From positions 558,001 to 622,000 of the forward strand of contig CDRNVI010000043.1 of the NCBI GenBank assembly GCA_977017575.1: a DNA stretch of 64,000 bases, in the 5' to 3' direction. The first letter of the stretch is position 1; the number at the start of each line of letters is the position of its first letter. Made by a program: the position numbers and the translations under genes. The notes below the pieces were generated by a model. It searched no databases and was not told the DNA's origin. It saw nothing but the letters and a program-made list of their open reading frames with translations. This document shows, in pieces, positions 19,620 to 28,509 of this stretch. Source of the stretch: Paramoeba atlantica (lineage: Eukaryota > Protista > Discosea).

Positions 19620-20873
19620 TCGCGATTGGAATGGGGAAGATTTGAGTGAGAGTAGCGGGACCGATTCGGAATGAGAAATTTTTAATGGTTTCGGTTTAGT
19701 ACTCAACGAACTCCCGGATTTTCGTTGAGAACTCAAAGAACGTATCCCCAACCCAAATCGGCTATCAACTTCAACATAAAGAAAATCAACATACTGTGCC
19801 CCCCCACTTATAGTGCCGCGGTTTTCGACCAAACGGCACCATAAGTGGGATGGGGTAGTATGTTTCAGGTCGAGTATCAAAATTTTCCCCCTCAAAAAAC
19901 TTGAATGAGATAAGTACAACCCCCAGGAATCCTGTGGAAGTCACAATTAGTGGGGATTCTATGAACCCGATGGGCTGTGTACTCATCCGCTACAAGAGCT
20001 GTCGCAGGTTGCGAACCTCCAAGTAAGGAAGATTGATCGTGCATGATCTCTTCAAATACTTGACGGTTCATCCAACCAGTCGAAGTTACGTACACCTTCA
20101 AAGCGTTGTCGAGCGTCCGAGCAACATGACGTCGAGCGTCTCGCAGTATGCGGGACTTTTCATCTTCTGCATTGGACTTGAGCAGTATCGTAGGAGGAAG
20201 GGGAAGAGCTTTTCTGTTGTGAACATCGTAAACACCGGAAAGAAAAACAGTTATACTTTCCTTGTCGTTTGTGGTTACGGCTTGCACGTTACGAAGCCCT
20301 ATGGGAGCCAATGTTACTCCCGTATTTTCACCATCAACGGGAAGAGACGTTTCATCCCCAAATATCACATACGCGTATGAACGGACTTGATTTTGTATGT
20401 AGAGCTGCCGTGCCCAAGCTCGTATTCGCGAGCCCACGTCGGAAGGACCCACGTAGTGGACACGTCCAAATCTTCGGTTTGTCCACCCGAAAAGACGCTT
20501 GAAGCGCTTGTATATGCGTTCCTTCGTCTCATCGGCAAAGCTTTGAAAAGCTGTATTCCGTATGTTTCCATAACGGAAAAGACGAATGCCTTCGTTACAA
20601 CATGTTTACCATTGACTTCTTGGAGCAATTTAAGGTGCACTTTCCTTAAAATTGCCTTCCGCTCTTTGTTAAGTCTCTCTGGCGCTTTCTTCACTTGAGA
20701 CCACGATTAGTACGTGATTGATAAAAAGAGGCACCGTTGCTTTTAATACTTCGGACAGTTCTTAAACTGATCCGATACTTTTCGCTCAGCCTTTTTGTGT
20801 CCAATTCGCTCAGACACACATTCAACTTCTCTTGCATAGTCAAACACACTCTAGAGGTCCTAGGTGTGCTCAT
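19605..20873 (-). pseudogene. pogo/Tc2-like (DDE_1) transposase, multiply frameshifted
   Basis: N-terminal LTMQEKLNV...LSEKYRISLRTVRSIK (psq/CENP-B HTH); IFGDETSL...TLAPIG, KESITVFL, LPPTILLK, GWMN...F, LVADEYTAH, IPGGCTYLIQ. Confidence 0.8.
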
Positions 20874-21353
20874 CTCTAGAGGCTCATCTCTAGGACTCTA
20901 GAGGTCCTAGGTGTGCTCATCGGAAGAGAATCAAGTGTGTTGGGGGGAAGACGGCTGGCCACCGGGGGACCAATTCTCGGCGCTGGCGGAATCACCGTAA
21001 ACCAGCGTCCCAAAGGACCTGAAATCGCCGATCCACGAGTGTGCGCTTTGTCTAGCGTCTCGTTCTCGTTCGAATCGACAGTCATTGAAAGGATAAAGGG
21101 AACTATTAATAAAGTTTCAATGATTTCGATAAAAGAAAATATTAAAATTTTACGCTACATTTACTCTACCTTTTTGGTAAAAAAAATTCCCGTCTACTAT
21201 AAACCCAAAGGGGGCGGGCATACCTAAAACTTTAATAAAGCAAAATGTAGTTTTTTCGCGAGTTAAAATGACGAGGATTCGCCAGATCATGCGAGAACAT
21301 GTGAGATCTCTCCGGAGCGGATTTGGCACGCGAGGGTGGTTGGACGCGGGGAG

Positions 21354-21715
21354 AGTCAAGGAATATTGCATAAGTCAAGGAATATTGCATAAGCCGTAAA
21401 TTGCTTATTTTTGTTTCCTCATGCGCGAGCGTCGGGTGAATTGGTTTATTGAAGCTTGTGACGACTTTAATTGCATTGAATATTTCTCTTTAAACAATTT
21501 TGGAGAAATCAGTGCTGCCCTAGGGCTTCCCTGGCTCATCGGCCCGGCCGGCCCCTCGGTGCGTTCGGCCTCAAAACAACTTGTATTCCCCAAAACAACT
21601 ACCTTCCCCCCTCAACTCCGAGAACTCACCGGGAGCAGGACAGAAGTGCAAGGGCTTTAATTTCATTGGTCCTGACTTATGCAATATTCCTTGACTAATG
21701 CAATATTACTTTACT
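21354..21715. mobile_element. Inverted-repeat element with 42-bp arms, each built from two 19-bp units
   Basis: AGTCAAGGAATATTGCATA x2 at 21354-21391; inverted, slightly degenerate pair at 21674-21715; no TSD seen. Confidence 0.6.
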
Positions 21716-21932
21716 TTGGCCGTTGGACGCTGTCGAAACGAGTTCACGTGAGACCACGCGAGATCATACCCGCAGCCCCTCATGTGTAAACAAGCGAACA
21801 AACTTCTGCTAAGCAACATACGGTAACACGAAGAAATATTGTACAAATTTTGTATTAAGTGGGAAACTTAAAGTTCAAGGAGGAAATCATTCTAAGAATT
21901 TCCGAGAAGAATAGTGAAATTCTTTAAAAGGG

Positions 21933-22487
21933 TTAAGCAAAATCCGACAGCTTTAATTCTGTATGGTCCATGTCTGAACTTTCAGTTGACGTTTCGGAAG
22001 ATTCTTCCTCTTCCGTGGCACAAACACTCTTTGTCTCGCGATCTTTATCGTAGTTCTCAAGCTCCGAATCATGTTTCAGTAATTCAATCTCAATATCCTC
22101 ATAGCCTTTGCCTGCTATGGTCTGCAAGGGAGTAGCGTTCATTGCATTACGTGAACATACAGACCAACCAGCGTCAAGAAGAAGCCGGACGGCTTCTGCC
22201 TGGTTGTTCAAAGCAGCCCAGTGAAGTGCTGTATTGCCCCCCAATGTTTTGGCTTCGCGTTGCAAAACTTTACCATACGGTTCACTCATTAGAAATCGCA
22301 TAACATCGGTGTTACCATTTGCAGCTGCACAGTGCATCATGGTCAATCCTGAGTCATTTGAACAGTTGGGATCATTAGCAGTGCTCTCCAAAACACGTTG
22401 GATTTCTTGTATATCTCCACTTGATCCGACACGAGCGCAGGCTAAAAGATCCTGTATTTGACCTTCACAACTTGGTGTATGCGACAT
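21933..22487 (-). CDS. Ankyrin-repeat protein
   Basis: GLTMMHCAAANGNTDVMRFLM, GNTALHWAALNNQAEAVRLLLDAG, NATPL. Confidence 0.9.
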   Translation of the reverse strand: MSHTPSCEGQIQDLLACARVGSSGDIQEIQRVLESTANDPNCSNDSGLTMMHCAAANGNTDVMRFLMSEPYGKVLQREAKTLGGNTALHWAALNNQAEAVRLLLDAGWSVCSRNAMNATPLQTIAGKGYEDIEIELLKHDSELENYDKDRETKSVCATEEEESSETSTESSDMDHTELKLSDFA

Positions 22488-22869
22488 TTTAAAAAATAAG
22501 ATGAAAAAGAGCGTTAGAATTAGGCAGTAGATTCTATACTTCGATAATTTAAGCTAAGATTTAGAATTATTTTTACTTCGTCAGGCATGTACATGGATAT
22601 AGGCATGTACATGGTACGTGTATGCATAAACGCATACGTTTATAAATACTCGGGACAGATAACAAGGGGGGACACTAAAAAGAAAATGCATCTGCAAGTA
22701 AAGCATGCTTATATACAGGGGAATCATGGACGCTTCTCCCTCAGGAAATGAATTGAGGTGTGTTGATGCTAAAGGATATATTGAAATACAGTACATGGGA
22801 ATTATTTGTTGCAATAAACTCAAGCCGGAACATGCCGTCAAATTGGACACCCTTTTCTTTCAAAATTTC

Positions 22870-24033
22870 TTAGTGAAATGAAAATAATGTCCCGGTCTCT
22901 TTTCTAAGTGTAATAAACATTGAGTGCTCTGCGTCACCTCTAAGCTCAAATATATTTGGGTATCTTTGAAGGAAACGAATGAGTATATTCGTAGAAGGCC
23001 ACACAAAGAGATCAAAGTCATCAGTATCAAGCATCATTTTGACCATTTCACGGTGAGTGATATCCCCCCAGCGTTCGATATGTGTTCGCAGACGGTGGTG
23101 AAAACGCTCCTCAGCTCTCATCAAAGACGTTCGTCGAAGGTCATCAGCAGCATCGCAACTATGCAGCATGTGAGGACGAGCAATACGCAACTCATTCTTC
23201 CCTGCAAGCTCGACGAATAGGTGACGGTGTCTGTGAATGAAATCTCGAAAGCAACCCGTTGTGCGAAGCAAAGTATCAGCCACGCAAGGTGGTATCATTC
23301 CGGAGTCACGCAGCTTATTCTGAATCAGATTGCAGTTCATGCTGCCACGGTATGGATTGTACACCTCGTCATCGAGAAGTTCCACAACTTCCTTCGCAAT
23401 GCGCACCTCACGAGGATGAATCCCAACCTCATGGTAGTGATTATTGAAGGGAGCCCCGCAGCAGACCTCTAAGCAAAACACGGACGGTTGGATCGTCAGT
23501 AAATGAGAGCAACACACACAATTGGAATCCGGGCTCAAGGTACCAAGGTACAAACGCTCGGTACGATTTACAGTAAGATGACAAATCAATTGCAGCCCAT
23601 CCGGCCACGTGCTTCGTGACGGGTACACTAGTGAGAGACAACTGCTTAAATCGAGCAAATTGCGCAAGGGAATTACTTGTAAGTCATCCATAGCAGGTGC
23701 CGTCGCCGTTACCTGAGAGCCTGGTTGAAGCACGGGGCACATAAGAACTTGCAACCCATTCAACAAAACGCAAACCGTGGCTTTATTGTGAGAAAACACA
23801 CCCGGTGGTTCGGCGGAGTGCGTATAAAAAGTGGACGGTTCTCGTGTAGAGGAGCGAGAAACCTGTTCCGAAAGTTCGACAAATTTATTTGTGGTCTCCA
23901 TCCCTTCAACGGAAGTGAAATGTGTTCTCACGGGAGGATGATTTATTAGAGCATGCTGCAAATACCGATAAAATCGAAAGATTCCAACAGAAAAATCTAA
24001 AGTAATATTATCAGCATGGAGATGAATAAGCAT
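22870..24033 (-). CDS. Hypothetical protein, possibly two OST-HTH/LOTUS-like winged-helix repeats
   Basis: 387-aa ORF on the gene strand; GCFRDFIHRHRHLFVEL and LIRFLQRYPNIFEL resemble LOTUS C-terminal motifs; true start may be downstream (METTNK). Confidence 0.55.
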   Translation of the reverse strand: MLIHLHADNITLDFSVGIFRFYRYLQHALINHPPVRTHFTSVEGMETTNKFVELSEQVSRSSTREPSTFYTHSAEPPGVFSHNKATVCVLLNGLQVLMCPVLQPGSQVTATAPAMDDLQVIPLRNLLDLSSCLSLVYPSRSTWPDGLQLICHLTVNRTERLYLGTLSPDSNCVCCSHLLTIQPSVFCLEVCCGAPFNNHYHEVGIHPREVRIAKEVVELLDDEVYNPYRGSMNCNLIQNKLRDSGMIPPCVADTLLRTTGCFRDFIHRHRHLFVELAGKNELRIARPHMLHSCDAADDLRRTSLMRAEERFHHRLRTHIERWGDITHREMVKMMLDTDDFDLFVWPSTNILIRFLQRYPNIFELRGDAEHSMFITLRKETGTLFSFH

Positions 24034-24142
24034 ACTACAGATGAATGGTTAATTACAATGTAATTTGTTTTTTATGCTCTCTGGCAAACATGGTGGTTCC
24101 TTTCAGCTTACAGAAGAAGGTACCACTGCTGTGCACTTCGCA

Positions 24143-24182
24143 TTGAAAAGTACCTCCGCATTTACCGAAGAGTCTAAAAAAG
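24143..24182. repeat. Degenerate right arm of MITE family L
   Basis: ttgaaaagtacctccgcatttaccgaagagtctaaaaaag vs ttgaaaacaaccaccgcgtttaacgaagagtctaaaaaag (5 mismatches in 40). Confidence 0.6.
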
Positions 24183-24277
24183 ATGGCAAATATCAAGAAT
24201 AATTCATTTTTTGGGTGAAAATACTAGATTTTTTTGCAGTCGGCGAAAATACATGTCTGAAACTCGTCTACCTAAGC

Positions 24278-25275
24278 TCACAATGCCAGCGCTACGTTAT
24301 CCATCACGAAATGAGATAAAAATGCTTCAGCGAAGTTTAACAGGCGCCGTAGCGCATGCACATATTCACGGATTGATGGATTGTTCATCCAATGCTTTAA
24401 ATTGACAAATGCAATTTTTTCGCGACTTACCTGGGAATGTGCGAGAGATAGAGAGACTCCGAGTGGCCAAGGGTGATTTCCAATGGAAAGCTGAAAATAC
24501 CTTTGGTGAGCCTCCACGAAATCTTGGTTTGGATAGATGGAATATAAAATGGAATAAAAATGTCGAACGAGTTCTTCGTTCGTCCTGCCCGTTTTAAGAT
24601 TCACAAGAAGGGGAAGTAATGATTTCTGCGTTTCTAAAAGTTTTGCGCCACCTTTGAATTGAGAAGTGTATTTCGTGTGATGCCCTTTACAACCTTCAGA
24701 AGCGCCGAAAAAGTCAAGAATGTGTGACTGAATCCAGGCGGACAGAATAAAGCATATAGAATGTAAAACATATTTTTCTTTTTCTTCGGTGAGTTGGATT
24801 CCTTTTTCATCAATCGAATCTTTTGTGTTGAGGAATGACCTTTTGTCGTCCCGAGGTACAGACCTTACGAATCCATCAAGCTTTCTTTTGGAAGTCGTTA
24901 ATACCTTCTCTGCAAATTGAGACGACACAGTATCGCTTTTCACTTCGTAGAGGTCACAAAGAAAGTCTTGTAACTCTTTATCAAATACGGGGGCGTATCA
25001 AATACGGCTTTGGGCGTCCTTTCAATGTCATGATTATCTTCAGTGGCATTTCTAAATCCTACTTCCCCTGTATGCAAGTCAGACGGTGATAGACACGAGC
25101 GCACTTCCTTAATAGATCCGTCACAGATTTCATCACACAGATCAATGTTCAACGTGTTCGAGCTGGAAAGATCTTCAATTTTAGACAAAGTCGAAACTAC
25201 TTTTAGATCCGGTTGATTCGGAGACGGTTTCCGCCTCTTCAACGCGCGCGACTGTGATGATAGCTCGGACCACAT
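24278..25275 (-). CDS. PRP18: Pre-mRNA splicing factor Prp18, split into two frames by a 17-bp duplication
   Basis: YFQLSIGNHPWPLGVS...SREKI...HWMNNPSIREYVHALRRLL is the Prp18 signature; the only upstream ATG is at 25275 in another frame; TATCAAATACGG repeats at 24979 and 24996. Confidence 0.8.
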
Positions 25276-25382
25276 ATACCATATTTCTTATTTATTTGAA
25301 AATAGCTTTTGAATAATGAAAAAGAGTACAAAAAGTGGCAAAATTATCTTTAGTATTCTTCATGGTACAGGTGGAGATGTAC

Positions 25383-25567
25383 TTACGGCAGTCTTTATTT
25401 ACGGATAATATTACTGTACTCCCCCCTACTTATCTGTCACTACTTTTCGCGAAAAGGTGACAGATAACTTGTATTTACGGCAGTCTTTATTTACGGATAA
25501 TATTACTGTACCCCCCCTACTTATCTGTCACTACTTTTCGCGAAAAGGTGACAGATAACTAGGGGGG
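25383..25567. repeat. ~92-bp tandem duplication, each unit holding a hairpin; the second unit has a complete 57-bp family F mini-MITE (25511-25567)
   Basis: TA|CCCCCCCTACTTATCTGTCAC-TACTTTTCGCGAAAAG-GTGACAGATAACTAGGGGGG|TA. Confidence 0.8.
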
Positions 25568-25633
25568 TAGGGGTGTGACAGATAACTAGGGGGATCAGTG
25601 TGCGACAGATAACTAGGGAGGGGCTCTAAAAAA

Positions 25634-25748
25634 GGCGGTAAATCTCTTCGCTAGGAAGACGAGGTCTCTCCAATGCTGCAAAGATGAGCAAAAACGGATC
25701 AAAAACATCAAAATTCCGAGGGGGGGGCAAGATCAACTGAAACCACTG
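25634..25748 (-). mobile_element. Solo Tc1-like terminus (family C, related to D)
   Basis: Ends ...GATCAACTGAAACCACTG|TA; subterminal block homologous to the D TIR. Confidence 0.7.
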
Positions 25749-26586
25749 TATAGATGTTCATGGCCCCTGGCATTCAAGAACAAGTAGCTGCGGCGGCCGC
25801 AGAATCGGATACGAACTTAGGTTCCAAAAGAAATTCATTTTCTTCCGAGGAAATGGAAAGTGTTGCAGGCCGCGCGTAGTTTTCTCCGTCGCAACAACAT
25901 TGGTGTATTCTCCCGTACAATCCCGAAAATAATATCTTCAAATTTGGGCTTCCTGCAAAACTTAACGAATCAGATAAAGCTACATATAACCAAGATGAGA
26001 AAAACTTATTTACAAGTGGATTCATGTACGGATAAACTATTTAAGGATAAAATCGCCAATTTCTTATCCTTTATCCGTAAATAAATATTTCCGTAAATAT
26101 ATCTCGGACGTAAATACAGTCCGCGTCATATTGATCCCCCCCTCAGGAAAGGTTAGTTTTTTTATCCGATTTTGCTCATCTTTGCAGCATTCGAGAGATC
26201 TCGTTCCCGTAGGAAAGTATTTTGCCGTAATAAAACGTAAGGAGGGGGGGCGCCCCCTGGAGAGAATCCCAAACTTAGGAAACAACAGAAAAAGTTAGGA
26301 AAATGACAAAAATGATGTGCGATCGCCGCGTAGCTACAAAGCTTTTTTTCTAGGAATTCGCATTTTTCATGTAACTAAAGGTATTTTTAAGGGATTCAGA
26401 CGGGGATACGTGCCGTTTCGGCCTCTTCGGGGTGCTGGAAGAAGAAGTCATGAAAAAATAAGCAATTTTTAATCTATTCAAAATTTTATTAAAAACAATG
26501 TGTTTTTACTATGTATGGAAATTATTTTCCATAATTTCGAAGTGTCTGGCTAAAGGGTAAAAACCAGGGGTCCTTAAAACTTTATA

Positions 26587-27518
26587 AACCCCCGCTCACG
26601 AATAAGTGACCCCCCCTTATTTTTAGCACATGGGGGCGTGGGTGGGTTATCATACCACTGTTTCGTTCAAAATTTCGAGATCTGCACGTCCCCGCTGTTT
26701 TTAGCTCATTTTAAAATTTTAAAATTTAGTCAAAAAAAATAATTGGCTTTTCAACTTTTTTTTCCAAAAATGACCAAATCACCATATCGGCTTCCAAAAG
26801 GGGCGCTTACGGATAGTGGTAAGGTTCTTTTGAAGATGAGACATGCAGAAGGTGTTCCGATAAAACAATTATCCCGTGATTTTAACGTCTCTAGAAGGAT
26901 AATCAAAAAATATCTGAAAGAAAAAAAATCTAGCGGGGAATACACTTTGAGTCCTGTGGGTGGAGGTATTTGGTTATTCTACCAAATGACACATCTATTA
27001 CAAGTAAGACGTACATAGAAACATCAAAACAGGTAGATTTCCCCCCTAATAGTGTATTTCAACAGGATGGGGCAACGGCACATACTGCCCGTGCCTCCAA
27101 AGAGTATATTGAGAATCGAATGAGTGATGTTCTAAGAAACTGGCCCCCCAACTCGCCCGACCTTTCCCCCATAGAAAACGTCTGGTCTATGGTCCAAGAG
27201 GCGGTAGACGAACAAACGCCATCGGATAAGCCTTCACTTATCCGATGTGTACGTAAAGCATGGTCTTCTTTAACTCAAAAAGTGATCGACAAAACAGTAT
27301 TAAGTTTTGATTCTCGACTTAAGGAGTGTATAAGATTGAAGGGCGAAAAAGTGAAAAAATGTTAATTCTTCTCTAAATTGTGCGTATTCGTTTCTTTTTG
27401 TCTCATTTCTTCACGCGCAAAGTCCTTGCGTTGAGATCTGCAAAATGCAACAAAAATCAGCTCAAACGGACATTTGTACGAAAAAAAAGAGGGGGGTCAC
27501 TTTTCGTGAGCGGGGGTT
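26587..27518 (+). mobile_element. Tc1-like family A copy 2, internally deleted
   Basis: TIR AACCCCCGCTCACGAA(T)AAGTGACCCCCC, TA TSD at 26585-86 and 27519-20; transposase pieces at 26770-27365. Confidence 0.9.
26770..27365 (+). pseudogene. Tc1-type transposase lacking the first catalytic Asp region (D35E spacing)
   Basis: HTH-like N-terminus (IKQLSRDFNVSRRII) joined out of frame to FQQDGATAH...WPPNSPDLSPIENVWS; 35 residues between D and E. Confidence 0.85.
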
Positions 27519-28509
27519 TATATATAGTTTATAGTATTTCAAAAAAAATTATGGTACTATAAATGGCATTTATAGCACTATAAATACTTTAAAGTGTTTG
27601 AGAAACTTTATTTTTAAGGGAGGCTAAAAGGGGTTCAAGAAGCCCAAAATTGTATTGGATGTTGTAAGGGGTGATCATCTCAGGGGCCTGGCGTTCGGCT
27701 CGCAGTTCCGGGGTTGAAAACCCTTTTCTGAGATGGCAGTCTCAGGGAGACTCCATGTTGAGGGTGTCAAAAGCTTGCCGAGAACTAGTTGGTCGGCGTC
27801 TGTACCATCAGTGAGATGACAGTGTCAGGGAAGACTACGAGAAGGTCCCGACCCTGCTCCCCATGTTCAGGGTGTCAAAAGCTTAGTAAGTTGTTGATCG
27901 TACTTTCCCCAGGGACACAGCGCAGTCCCTTCGTAAGAAGCCACTTAAGGTTTGGGTCCTGCAAAGCAGCATTGCTAACCCCATGATTGATTTTCCATAG
28001 GAGGTGTCGCTCAAATTCCTGTAATTGTGGTTTCACGGTGAAGGCATCCAAAGATCCTCGTTCCACACGTTTTTGACGCTGAGTGCTTCGCATCCACTCC
28101 TCAAAATTTAGGTCATGACTTTTAGTTCAAGTGCGTGAGGACCGAGGAGTAGGAGACTCGAATCCCCTTTTAGCAAAAAAAGGGTTTCGTCGTTCCGTCG
28201 CATATTTGGCATTTCTGAGAAACAAAAAAAATAAAGTTTTATATATAGTATTTAAAAGTTTATAGTACTATAAAAGTACTATAATAAAAGTTTTAAAGTT
28301 TTAGAGACCCCTGGTAAAAACAGTGGCAAAGTACTTTCCTATGGGAACGAGATCTCTCGAATGCTGCATAGATGAGCAAAATCGGATAAAAAAACTAAAA
28401 TTTCCTGAGTGGGGGATCAATGTGACGAGGACTGTATATCTCGGACGCACACATAACTGTATTGTCAAAGGTTCGAAAACATAACTGCCATTTCAAAATA
28501 GTACAACTA

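Larger units (their letters stand above)
26565..28313. mobile_element. hAT-like element E (hosts Tc1 family A copy 2)
   Basis: 20-bp TIR CAGGGGTC(CT/TC)TAAAACTTTA; exact 8-bp TSD GTAAAAAC at 26557-64 and 28314-21; possible transposase remnant on the minus strand (LQDPNLKWLL...VPGESTINNLL). Confidence 0.88.
26117..28434. mobile_element. Non-autonomous Tc1-like element D (hosts hAT E)
   Basis: 110-bp TIRs (26117-26226 / 28325-28434) starting CAGTCC, TA TSD at 26115-16 and 28435-36. Confidence 0.9.
25368..28459. mobile_element. Probable outer transposon shell (family G) with TTTACGG-rich subterminal repeats
   Basis: 35-bp inverted pair 25374-25408 / 26071-26105 (5 mismatches); right end continues after the nested element D to ...ATAACTG|TA; left TA|CAG at 25366-25370; extreme termini only partly match. 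Confidence 0.45.

Noticed and set aside
16620-19800. DFLYVE hexapeptide shared by a minus-strand frame near 16730 and the pogo C-terminal remnant near 19790
   Set aside because: Flanking residues do not align; too short to claim homology
19590-21350. Terminal inverted repeats for the pogo-like element
   Set aside because: Candidate TA|CGGTGCATTTAATCGCG near 19606 has no convincing inverted partner upstream of the ORF
3236-25620. Repeated G(T/C)GACAGATAACTAGGGG motif with variable spacers, superficially CRISPR-like
   Set aside because: Eukaryotic context, irregular and mostly very short spacers, inverted copies forming TIRs, and no cas genes
2493-28092. GCGAAGC/GCTTCGC mini-hairpin heptamers in several TEs (~2495, ~12358, ~12456, ~28083)
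   Set aside because: Few independent occurrences, since several are copies of the same element; not distinguishable from chance
26098-28447. 13-bp direct repeat TATATCTCGGACG on both sides of element D, suggesting a long TSD
   Set aside because: Explained by insertion at a TA inside a pre-existing 17-bp tandem repeat (CGTAAATATATCTCGGA x2); the TSD is TA
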